Shown: in pieces, positions 38,001 to 49,512 of the stretch
How the letters are laid out: each line of letters begins with the position of its first letter
Position numbering within the stretch: the first letter of the stretch is position 1
Source: Chlorokybus atmophyticus
Taxonomy: Eukaryota; Plantae; Mesostigma and Chlorokybus algae
Length of the DNA: 50,712 nt
Direction of reading: 5' to 3'
Assembly: GCA_009103225.1 (NCBI GenBank)
Contig: RHPI01002503.1
Coordinates: 381,456 to 432,167 of the forward strand
Translations under genes and position numbers: made by a program
Notes under the pieces: model-generated
What the model was told of the DNA's origin: nothing
Seen by the model: the letters and a program-made list of their open reading frames with translations, nothing else
The model's database searches: none

Positions 38001-40596
38001 TTTGCACCAACCGGTCCAGGGCGAAAACACAAAGCAATCGCACAGCGCAATCCTCCAGCCATGCAGAGTTTGCAGCAATTGCTTCTGCCGCCGCTGGGCC
38101 TTCATGTGCTTCCTTATGCGCTGCCAATCAGCCGGTGAGGAAGTAGAAACGGAGCATGCATGGCAGTGAACTGGACGATGTCGATACGTAAGCACACAAG
38201 AGAGGTTGGAAAAAGCAAGCTATCATGCAGAGGTCAAACGCACGCATTGCTTGCTTACCAGGCTCATTGGTTGCGTCAGCTTTGGCATTGGTGTTCAAGT
38301 CTGGGATTTGAGACTCAACAACAGGTTTGGCTTGGACATTGATGCCGGCAACATGGCCTTGATATCGCAAAACTTCTCTCAAGGCCATACCAGCGCCATG
38401 CCTAACCTCCCAATCTGTCCATGTAAACACAACATGTAAATGTGGGTATGCATAACCAATTCAAAGCAAACGTGCGAGCCTTGTTGGTTTCCAGGGGGCA
38501 GCTTACTTGGGTGAAATATGTCGTGCAGAAGGTCCTCGCACAAGCTCGTAAAAACCCATCTCCCGCTAGCTGCAGCGTCTAGTGCTGCTTCTGCTGCAGT
38601 GTCAATGGCAGCCTCAATGACAAGCTGCCACAGTGTAAGACATGTCAACTTGCCATTCAAACCCGGCTGAGTCATCACATAGCTTGAGTGTCTACAGTAG
38701 TACTATTATGACAAGGCCATCACCTTGTCTGAGGACTGCGGTTGCGGGGTCATCATCGAGCGCATGCTTCGTTCTCGTTTCAGTGGCCGTTCAGCTGAAG
38801 TAGCATCTTCACCTGTTCGATCAGCATCGGCATCTATAGACAGTGATGGTGATGCATGCAGTTGAGATCCAGTTCTTGCGAGCGCTTTAGCCTTGCGCTT
38901 TAGGACATTCTTCTCGCGTGCACTGAGAGTTGCTGCCTTCTCCATCTCAGCCATCAATTCCGCAGCACCGATCGCTTGCGATGACTGTTGACATTGCAAC
39001 CTGCCTGGGGAACCTGATGGTCGCTGGAGTGCAGTAGCTTGTCAGTTATTGTAAGAACATCTGAGAGCATTCAGGATGCACATGCACCTGGCATGCAGTG
39101 GTCTGTCAGTTCGACATACCTGCACCAGGTCTTCATAGGAGATGACTTCAGTCATGTCCATGAACTGCTCAACCCCATCCAAACCTGGCACCATAAACTT
39201 AGGGTGCACACCGTGCATGACACAGCCAGCAAGGTATGAAAGCAGCATGCATGCACTTTTACACTTCCTTACCCAACCTTTTCCTCAAGTTAATCGCCTG
39301 CCGCTCCAGCCTTTGCTGTGGCGTGAGTGACGGATCTGCGAGGACATCGTACTCCTGCACAAAGTAGAGAACGAATATCAACACCGCAATATGCACATGA
39401 AATCTGAAAACCTTCCAAGGCTGTCGGGGTGTGCGCACCTGACCTCCAGAAGCCACAAGACGAGCGGCATGACGTAGCACCTGCTGTATGTCAAAACTGC
39501 GCAAAAGCTAATATCAGTGCCGCGTCTAAACTTCAGTTGACGAGCCAGGGATGCAATGCAACCCCGATCCAAATCGCATGTGACTCCATCGACTGCGATG
39601 CCATTAACACCACCGAATCCCTTGCCTTGCAAAACTGAGCTTTCCAGTTGGCGTTTCGTCTTCCGCTTTGATCTCAGCCTTGATGTCAACTACCTCCGTG
39701 GTTGTTGCGCGCTGCAACAACTCCTCAGCAAGCACATGAGATACCGCTTCAGCTATGGAGCCAATTGCACATGCTGCCGCTGTTCTTGTATCCCAATTCT
39801 TGCTGCGCAGATACCCTTGCACCTGCAGTACGACCAGACGCCATGTGACATTGCCGAGCATTGAACCAAATGCACATGACGCTGCGCAGGTGCAAGACCA
39901 GTTGGATGCCGACATGTTTCACGCACCCTGCGGAGCAAGATGGGGAGCTGCTGCCGATGCTGCTTGGCAATATCACCAATCTGCAAGGCAGCTGTGCGGC
40001 GAGTGACCGGTGACGTTCCAGCTGCGGCACAGAACAGGGAGTCAGCACGTGAGAGCGGATGGACGTAGTGTAGTTGTCAATGACTGTGCACATTGACACT
40101 CAGCTAGTCAGCCAAACCAGGCCAGCAAAGCTCCCCACAAGCTATCGTAGACAGCTTCAAAGTTTCTTCACAGCAGCATGGGCAGCATATCTGAACAAAG
40201 AAGCGGGATCACCCGCATGCAGGAAGAGTGTGATGGTCGCGGTCATAATGTGCTTGCACAACAAGCACGTTGCGCTAAAGTAAATTGCATGCGTCATGCA
40301 ATGGTACACACGACCAAACATAGGAGCGACGTACGCGCGTGTGACCCAAGATCGGCGCTGCGCATCAGCAGGAACACCTGAGACGCTACTGCTAAGTAAG
40401 TTAAGAACTAGGTCATCTATGCCATTGTCTAGCACGCACTCTGGACCACACCATCCCTGCAATAACCTGTGTAACTCAAGTTCAGCCCTGACTCAAGCGG
40501 ACTGCTAGAGCGATTAACAAACAAAGATCACTTACTGTCAAGCAGGGTCAGCAGGCGGTCCAGGCGTGTACCCCCGCCGCCGCCGCCAGCTGCCAT
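32009..40596 (-). CDS. BTAF1: TATA-binding-protein-associated Snf2 ATPase MOT1/BTAF1, multi-exon
   Basis: N-terminus RLDRLLTLLDTG..TRRTAALQIGDIAK, LRSKNWDTR, DQVVAPVRETCAQALG. Helicase motifs LCDDMGLGKT, VLDEGH, LSGTPVQN, LRRTK, STHVGGLGLNL, QAMDRAHRLGQ. Stop at 32009-32011. Confidence 0.96.
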
Positions 40597-40795
40597 ACTG
40601 GCCAGCAAGCAGCAGAGCTGCCGATCAGGCGCTGTCACACATGCACAATCAATCGCCGCCTCTTCTTGCACGCCATTGCGCCGCCGTTCCAACAATGCCT
40701 ACACAGAAAGCACGTACGCACACAGCAGCAACCAAGCAGGTAGGCAGAGCTTCTAACGCAATGCAGAGTCATGTTTATACTGCTTCCACTCGTCG

Positions 40796-40805
40796 TTTAG
40801 GGTTT
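40796..40805. promoter_or_regulatory. Telo-box (TTTAGGGTTT) between divergent BTAF1 and U1-70K
   Basis: Exact plant telomere-type motif near the middle of the 464-bp interval between the two ATGs. Confidence 0.6.
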
Positions 40806-41060
40806 GCTGCAGGGAGCGCGCGCTGCGATGAGTCGCGCCAACGCGCAGGCGGGCATCCGTGTCTCAAGCATCAGACAAAACGGCTTCAATCTGAAACGGT
40901 GAGGTTGTTTGGCGGCGGCGGCGGAGGCGGTGGTGGTGGTGGGTGGGGCGGTAAGCGAGGGCGGTGGCCGAGGACGGCTAGGAGATTGACTGGAAGTCGT
41001 CAAACAGCATCTGGTCGCCGTTGGCCTTAGTAGGAGAGGGGTTGAGTGGCGTGTAGCGCT

Positions 41061-43554
41061 ATGGACAGAGGGCCGAATAAATCGGTCGTCAACCGCGGCA
41101 CTATCCAGCAGTTGAAGGCGGTAAGAATGCAGTTTTGTGACGCTGAACGGTACGCCGTTACTGCTCTTCGCAACTGATTCCAAATGGTTATCAATTGTGT
41201 TTTGTGGACGTATGGCTGAACACCGTCGTTGCGTTTGCAGTTGGGGCAGAACCATCCAACTGGACTAACTCCAAACCTTCTCGCGCTGTTTGCTCCTCGG
41301 CCTCCGTTAGAATATGCAAAGCCTCTCACAAAGCGAAAGATGCCGCCATATGCAGGTGCTGCATGCATCAAGGCACCAGTTATCCCTCCCCCTCCCCCCG
41401 CCCCCACCCACACCCACCCACACCCACACACCCACACACCCCGGCGCCTGCTTCATCGAAGGCGAGCACGTTTCCTCACATGCATTGCTTGTTCCAGGCG
41501 TGGCGCAGTTTGTCGGCCAGTTTGCGGAACCGTCAGACCCTGAGTACCAACCTCCTATTATACCCGTGGAGTCCAAGGTAGGAGCCCAGTTTACGCAGCA
41601 ATAAAGTTTGTGCTGGTGCCCGAGGGTGCAGAAGGTGAAACATGTGTGCGCTGACAGCTAACGCGCGAAAACTTTATCTGCAGGTCAAGCGCAAAGCTAG
41701 GATTAGGGAAGCAAAGTTGGAGGCTGGAAGAGCAGCTGTCGCGGAGGCCTTGGAGTCATGTATGTTGTTATGACCGGCAATGCCCTTTGTTCGCATTTGC
41801 TGACCATTGAGCGTTTGTTGTTGTTGTTTACCAGACAATCCCACTGATGACCCTAGCATCGAGGGCGATCCATACAAGACACTTTTTATCGCACGCATTG
41901 TAAGTGAATTACACATTCATTAGACATGTGGCTACATCGCAACAGGCAAATGTGTTCGTTTGTTTTATTATGCTCACGGTAATCTCCTTCTCCTATGCTG
42001 CAGAGCTACGACACAACTGAGACAAAGCTGACCAGGGAGTTTGAGGCTTACGGGCCAATCAAACGGGTAGGTCTGCTTCCTCGGTTGGTATTGTGTCTGG
42101 CTTGTTGCATTAAGGCTTGGTGCGAAACTATCCAACTGAGGAAGTTTCACGGTGAGCGTCAAGGTCAGCTCATTATGTTTGTTGACACGACATGCATTGC
42201 ATCAACTCTCAGAAACGATTGGTTGTGACATGCAGCTTAGCTGGCTGCAGTAGTAAGTCTTTCAGCATTCAATGTCATCACATAGCTTGCTGAACCTTTT
42301 GTTAGCGTTGTATGCCGTGTTGTTTGAGCTTGTCATTTGCTTGCTGAGTTTGTGTAGAGGGTTATAAGTGCACTTGGTCAATCGGGTAAGTAGCTTCAGC
42401 TCTGGAAACTGGCTCACCGCCATCATTGTGGCACACACGATTTACGCACGAACCTGACTCAAGTCGCCTTGGCTTGCTGAAGGTTAGCAAAGGCCGTGTC
42501 TATGTAGTGCAGCCATAATGGCGGCACTGCGGCACTAGACAAGGATACGGTTGTGGTGACAGTCTCATTAACCAGCCCCTTACTGTGCAGGTGAGATTGG
42601 TTCATGACGTCAAGTCAGATCGTCCTCGAGGCTATGCGTTTATTGAGTACCACCATACGCGCGACATGAAGAGTACGTGCTCTGGCACTTCTTTAGTGTC
42701 CTTTTTGTAACGCATGTCCAGACTAGACTCACATGCGGGGTGTCTGCTGCAGCTGCGTACAAGCAGGCAGATGGCAAAAAGATTGATGGCAGACGTGTAC
42801 TTGTTGATGTGGAAAGGGGGCGCACGGTGCCTGGCTGGAGACCACGCCGCCTTGCTGGTGGTCTTGGTACAACCAGAATTGCTCCCGAAGAGGTTGCACC
42901 CAAACCAGCATCTGCTCCTCCAAGGTAATGCATTGGTCTCTGCTGGCGTGGAACTCTGGCACTGAACATGTGGTGTGCGGCAGTGAACGACCTGCGTCAA
43001 GGCCAACATCAGAACGCGACATGGAGCAGAATGGCACTGACGATAAGGTGAGCAACGAACATGAGGGAGAGAAGGAACGACTTCGCGAGAGGGAGAGAGA
43101 CAAGGAGCGAGATCGCGAGGTAGAGCGGGAGCGTGACAGAGATAGAGAACCAAGGGAGAAGTCTCGGTAAGTGTTTGGCTTGTAGTCAGCAGTGGTGCTG
43201 CAGATGGGCATGTTGAACACTAGCTTTGCATTTAGCAATGTTACCACTGAACAAGGCATGCTGTATATGACCTGCAGGGACCGTGGGCGCGATCGTGAGC
43301 GCGATGGTGACAGGGAACACCGCAGGGATAGAGATAATGATCGTCCACGCGAGCGTGAGCGTGATAGGGATCGTGACCGCGACCGTGATCGCGATCGCGA
43401 TGACCGCAGTCGAGGAAGAGATCATGAGCGCTCTCGAGACCGCGATAGAGACCATGATCGCAGCCGCCGGCACAGGCATGATGATCAGCCAGATGAGGAA
43501 GGGCGCCGCGAAAGCCATCGCCACCGTGAACGCGAGCGCGAAAGAGAACGCTAG
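41061..43554 (+). CDS. SNRNP70: U1 snRNP 70 kDa protein, 10 exons
   Basis: Exons 41061-41120, 41241-41355, 41498-41577, 41684-41759, 41835-41899, 42004-42066, 42591-42672, 42753-42924, 43002-43166, 43278-43554 join in phase. Motifs [33 protein letters not shown]1 [28 protein letters not shown], and an RD/RE/RS-rich tail. Confidence 0.96.
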
Positions 43555-44318
43555 TGTAGTTGTGTTGCTTACAGGTTTTGGCCCAAGTGTTTCAGGTAAG
43601 GTCCAGTGTATTGACTTGCGGTAAGAAGGCAGGTTTGTTGTGCTGCACTGTTTGGTCATATCCCTCCCCCCCTCCCCCCCCCGCCCAAATCTTTGGTGCC
43701 CATATCTAGCGTGATGCTGCATGTGCGCCTTTGCTTGCATGCTCAGGCGCCAGCAACCAGGGGTCCTGTACACAGGTGGTTCACCATCCTGCATCAACAT
43801 GCTGATTCAGGTCCGTTGTGACACAGTCAGCTGGCTGTCACAAGACATTGCTTGGAGGGTCATGGGAATGTCATGTTCTACTAGTGAGTAGACATCAGTG
43901 AAGACGGTTGTAACACCTGCAAACTGGCATCACTGCATGCGTTGGTCACCTGGCTAGCATTGATTTGCAAACATGGTTATCATCCATGTCAGTGAAGACA
44001 ATGCTGGTGCAGTAACTGGGAAAGAAGAAGATGACATTGCTCATTTACTGTGCCACTCATGCACAGTCATGCCAACGAAAATGCACACCGCAGGATTGTT
44101 AATCCAGGCAGCAGCCGGTTGGGTGAAGCACGTCCAGAGCCGCGAGCACACTCATGCATGCCACAATTCTTGCATTCTATTCATAATACACTCTGGGAAA
44201 TGGGTGTGGTTCTATCTAGGGTAATGTAGCAACCAACCAAGCACACAAACCGAGGGCAAGATGAGGCGGTAAGAGTTTACTACCACACACAGAACGGGGG
44301 CACCATGTGTACAATATA

Positions 44319-44710
44319 GGATGCAGAGATTGTGGCATGTATAACAATGTGAGGCATGCATTGCACACCACACACAACAGCACACAACACTTACATTCAC
44401 CACCGGGTGCTCTTCCTACTTACTACCTACCTAACTTCACTACTAGCCCAAACCCCGTTAGACAAGCATGCATGCACGCGCGGATGCACGCGGCACGCGC
44501 GGATGCATGCACGCGCGGATGCACGCGCGGTTAGACAAGCATGCATGCGCGCGCGGATGCAGAGATTGTGGCATGTATCACAATGTGAGGCATGCACACC
44601 ACACACAACAGCACACAACACTTACATTCACCACCGGGTGCTCTTCCTACATACTACCTACCTAACTTCACTACTAGCCCAAACCGTTAGACAAGCATGC
44701 ATGCACGCGC
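44319..44710. repeat. Tandem duplication, period about 236 bp, with internal ATGCACGCGCGG microrepeats
   Basis: 44319-44481 and 44555-44710 are near-identical (GGATGCAGAGATTGTGGCATG...GTTAGACAAGCATGCATGCACGCGC). Confidence 0.93.
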
Positions 44711-45420
44711 ATCACCTGCACCACGGCCATTGGTTAGCGGCTCCATCATCCAGCAGGCAGCAGCAGCAGCGTCAGCTGACTCAACGGACTCCCCCTCCTC
44801 CACCCACATCACCGCCGCCACCCACGACAGCGTCGTCCCTGCTCAACGCGACTGCGTCGTTAGGGTTTGCGCCCATCGGCGCGCAGCATGCATATGCACA
44901 GCACGCCGCACTCCCTGTCGCAGTGCCGTTGCTGTGTGCGTGTAGAGTATTGTGCCTAGTGGTAGTGCCCGCCCTGTTGGCCATGCATGGTAGTGCCCAA
45001 GACAAGAACAGCCGATGGAGACTACATGGGGAGCAGAGGCGTCTGCTCGTGTGAAGTGAAAAGCAGGCACAGCAACGACGTGCCAGTACGGAATTGGCGA
45101 CTGGTCGCGCCGATGCATGCTGCGCACCAATGCGCGTAACCCTAACTATGGTTGCGAGCGGCAGCGTAGACGACAAGGGAAGAGGCGAGGGTGTGGGCGA
45201 GAGAGATGGGGAGGGACGGGGAGTCCACGTCCTGCTGTTGCTGCTGGTGGCTGCTGTTGCAACAAGGCCGCTATCGAAAGCGCTTGTGCAGGTGACTGCA
45301 ATCGCCATGCATGCATGTCGAACAAGGGGGCAGTAGAGGTAGGGTGAGAAGTAGTCAGTAGGTAGCATGTACGCGCCGTTTGCCCCGGTGGTCGATCTGG
45401 TGAGTGTTTGTGGTGTTAGT
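44600..45420. repeat. Long diverged inverted repeat (arms about 44600-44950 and 45060-45420)
   Basis: The reverse complement of 44860-44893 matches 45113-45145 with 4 mismatches and 1 gap. Further colinear blocks are GGGGAGTCC, GCCGCTA..GTGCAGGTGA, CATGCATG and CCCGGTGGT..GT(A/G)AGTGTT. Confidence 0.7.
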
Positions 45421-46194
45421 AGCATTGCATGTGCAGATAGGTTTGCATGTACAAATTCCATCTTTTGTACACACAGAGCCTCACAGTGCATGCCCAGGAC
45501 ACACGCGCTCAGCTTGCATGTGACTCACATAGTGCTGTCATACTTTCGCATGGTCACAAGCTGTGCAACTAACACAGTAGCAGCAAGCAGCGCAACACTC
45601 AAGTAAGCAGGCACGAAGACATCATACACCAACATTAACCCAAGCCTACCCGAAGACATGGCTTTAGACGAAAACATGACCCTCCACTTGAGGCCGCATG
45701 CAGGGGCAGGCAGCAGAGAATATTAACAACATGCGGGGCGCGAAAGAGGTTAGGCTGTGTCTGCCTTCAGCAGGGACGGGAGCATGCACGACGACATGAC
45801 GATATGTCCCTTCGTGCGTAAGCGTGTGTAACATAACACACAAGAGTTGTGGTAAAGCAAGCTTTAAGAGTGGTTACGATGTAAATGCCACCATAAATAA
45901 TCATCAAGGCAACAACAAGCAAGCAACATGCAAATGCAGGCTGTTTCTGCGACTTGTGAACAAAGTGTGCAAGGTAGGTGGTTGACTATTATACATAATA
46001 CATCCAAAACAATGTCGATACATTTGGTGTAGCGAGAAAGGACGCGCGGTGTAGACGCATGCGATAAATGAGGACGCCATGCTGGCAGCGGGCGCGTAGG
46101 TGGCTTTTTGTGCTGTGTGTAGTACTACTACACACGTAAAAAACAACTAGTAGTTGTTGTTTACGTGTGGGATAAGCATGGCGTCGCAAACTTT

Positions 46195-47600
46195 ACACGG
46201 TGACTGACAAGGGACTGAGGGACTGACGGGTGCCTGACCCTACCTGACGTAACGGATTGGTACATAACGGGACTTTGTAGGACGGCCGTTACTATCAAGC
46301 AACATATACCGACGGCAAGCGGTCGACCAATAAGTACAATCGACGGCGGCCTGCCTGTGACGGCAACACCGCACTTTAAGGTGACGGCCGATTGTTGATC
46401 GTCCCATTTGCGCGATGGCGACCTATCTGTATAGCAGATAAGTCACGTTTTGGTCACATACAGTGACGGCCGACCGTCGGTCGTACCCTGACCGTCGAAA
46501 AGTATGCGCGACGGCCTGCCTACTTTGGCAAGCCAGTTACCGTTAGTCCTTATCATGTGACCTTACCGTTTATTAAATGACGGCCGATCGCCGGTCGTGC
46601 ACTTAGCGCGGCGGCAACCTATTTATTGTGTGTCAAGTATGATGAGGAAATGACCGCCGCCTTGGTACCGGCCGGCAAGTCGGGACGCTGGTACAAACAG
46701 TGCCATTGTCGCAATGGCACTATGGTACCATTAGTATGGTACGATAATGCCATTGCGACAATGGTACTTTCATACCATAATAATAATACAATAATGCCGT
46801 TGCGAGTCACGTTTCGACAACGCGTTTAAACAACTTGGGCTGCCCAAGTTGTTCAAACGCTCAACGGCTTCAAGTTGAACAGAGCGTTGTGGGCGGCGGC
46901 GGTGATGGCGGCGGCGGCGGCAACGGCTAACAGTAGGTGAGCTTGGTTGCTGTCTGATGTTGTATTACGCGCAACACCGCATGCTATCTAACCACCCTCC
47001 TTGCCTTAGGGCGGCTAGGCCTGGCCAGGCTAGGCCAGACCAGGCCAGGCGGCGGCAGCGGCCGCGCAGAAAGAACGGCGGCGGCGGAGCTGGAGCGGGC
47101 GGCGTGCAGGAGCCGCAGCTTAGTACAAGGGTAGTACTAGCAGTAGTGGTAGTGGTAGCAATAGTAGTAGTCTAGTTGTACTAGCAGTAATAGTAGTAGC
47201 TCAGTATATTACATTGTAATTATATTAATATTCTTCTATCACGCATTCTCGCACAGCTGATGACGACAATCACGTGTGACACCTAATCATGACTGAGCGG
47301 TACCAGCAGGTACCTTTGAAGGTACACATCATTAATGGTAGGTACCTTAAGGTACCTGACAATTTCGCTCAGTTAGCGTACAGTCGCCGGAACCGAACTG
47401 ATAGGTACCGGTCAGTTACCTGTTAGTTAGGTCAAGTCCCCTTTGCTTAGCTGTTGAGTACATGACAGGTATTTGTTTGGGTCAGTCCCTTTATGCAGAT
47501 GGCCGCCAACTAACGGCCGTTATGCTCAGGTTTCTGTATCGAGATCGTCGGTGGATTAAAGGTCGACGGTCTAAATGAGTATCCTCAGGTGCACGGCTGT
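46195..47600. mobile_element. Possible non-autonomous DNA-transposon-like / foldback element rich in palindromes
   Basis: GACGGC repeated 8 times in 46280-46590, several hairpins, a GGTACC cluster at 47300-47412, and weak inverted similarity of the ends (AAGGGACTGA 46209-46218 vs 47482-47491). No transposase or TSD was identified. Confidence 0.3.
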
Positions 47601-47669
47601 TGCCAATATTCAGTCGGTCGGCAGGGGAAACATTTTGCAACGGGAGTGTCATACATAGTAAATGCTTAC

Positions 47670-47674
<5 letters not shown>

Positions 47675-47748
<74 letters not shown>
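47675..47748. repeat. (AG)n microsatellite
   Basis: Direct reading. Confidence 0.97.
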
Positions 47749-47751
<3 letters not shown>

Positions 47752-48357
47752 CNAAGCTTACGGATTGCGGATGCGTGTGTGCGGCGCCTAGCCTTATTGC
47801 TCACGAGGCCAACCCCCATCGCATGTTTGTGGGGTATGAGGTGTGCGGGAGAAAATAGCACATTACCGTGCACTTGGTAAGTGTACTATCACCGCTTGTC
47901 GGCTTAGGCCGCAGGGGGCTACGCCTGAGGCCGAGCAGGGCAAGCGGTTGGTTTTTACGAGAACATCCGCCGGCGGACGAGTTCTTCCCGTTGGCGGCAA
48001 AGACGCACGGCACGCTGGGCGATGCCTTCATTATCGGCCATGCCGTGTACCCATGTGGCCTGCCCCTGGCCCACCTATGCGGGTACGTGGCCTTGTTCAG
48101 GCAGCGCATGGCCTGCACGCCTCAGCGAGCGCAAGGCATGGCACTGCTCGAGAGGGGAGCGGCGGCAGTGGCGGCTGCGCCCGGCTGAAGTCTGATGCAA
48201 GCAGCGCGCCTGACGGAGGAGGCGGACGTAGTGCTTGTGGGTGGGGCATAAATGGTTTGCCTAGTGTAGCGCTGTTGCACTCATGTTGTGCTGGGCTAGT
48301 TAAGCATGGACGCCATGTATGTGATGCTCATGTTGCTGATATTATGATTGATTTGAC

Positions 48358-48360
<3 letters not shown>

Positions 48361-48400
<40 letters not shown>
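48361..48400. repeat. (AT)n microsatellite
   Basis: Direct reading. Confidence 0.97.
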
Positions 48401-48404
<4 letters not shown>

Positions 48405-49462
48405 TGTTGTGTGGCACTGTATTCAAACAAAACATAAGCGCTACCAAGCACCGCTTATGTTCTATTAGTATACAGAGCCCCACAACACAAAGAACCACTC
48501 TGCGTTATCTGAAAGAGTTTCAAGTCAGTAGCAAAACGAAAGATATCCCCTATTGCTTTCAACACAAGCATTTGATCGCGCATGGCCGCCATGGCATGTG
48601 CTCTGTAATTGTCAAAACCTCATTATTATCGGTTGCGTAGGACACTTTACCGGCGTCAATACGTGACTATAGATGGTCATAAAGCGCTTGCAATTTGCGA
48701 TGACTACTTTTGGCTTTGATACCATCCGCAATTGCAAGCAAAAATGGCGCTAGTACTTTTCTCAAGAAAAGTTTATTGCGCACCCATGTCTCAGCTTTTG
48801 TTTTTAGCAAACTGTTTTTAGCAATCGGCATCCGTTAACCATTTGGTCTCAAGCATTAAATTAAGGGTATTGGACATCGAAGTCGTCCTGGGACAAGTAA
48901 GCGCAATACATTTCAACACGCCCAAATGAACCCGAAGAAGGAGGCGTCACATTGTGCCTCAAGACCTCTTTGAAACTATCTGCAAACATGTGTAGCATGA
49001 TAACAAAGGCAACGAAGTAACTTGATGACCCCCNCCCCCCACACACACACTTTTGCATGCGATGGGCGAGGCGGAACTTTGTTGCTGCCAACGACACCCT
49101 ATTGTTGCTTTGCCCGTAAAGGCGTGCGCCATAACAATCTCTACAATTAAACCAATATAAAAAATCGATGACCAAGTCAACGCAATCAGCTACGCCACTG
49201 ACCCTACCCACGACAGGAGTCGTCTCATGTTGACTTCTCTCCACCGCCGCCGTTGCCGCCATTCTACCCTGCCTTTAAGCTCACTGCGATGCACGACATG
49301 TAAGCTCAATTGCTCACAGCTCGTGAGTCCTATCCACCGATGAAACCATATGCAAATGATGCTTACCGGCTTACCGGCACCAGCTGTATGTGCTTTTTAA
49401 CATCTGCTTGGCATGTTGATGAAACCCATCACAGGATGACACATTGACGATCGCATGCATAT

Positions 49463-49463
<1 letters not shown>

Positions 49464-49512
<49 letters not shown>
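49464..49512. repeat. (CT)n microsatellite
   Basis: Direct reading. Confidence 0.97.

Noticed and set aside
46280-46590. CRISPR-like array
   Set aside because: The repeat is only 6-10 bp, the spacing is irregular, there are no cas genes, and the context is eukaryotic.
47589-47880. ERERER-rich ORFs suggesting an SR-like protein
   Set aside because: Translation of an (AG)n microsatellite.
47868-48188. GC-rich 106-aa ORF
   Set aside because: Looks vaguely protein-like, but I recognise no motif and cannot build a splice model. Needs BLASTX or RNA-seq.
48861-49262. 133-aa minus-strand ORF with a plausible acceptor near 48984
   Set aside because: Runs through a GT/G-run containing an N, the donor phase is unclear and there is no recognisable domain.
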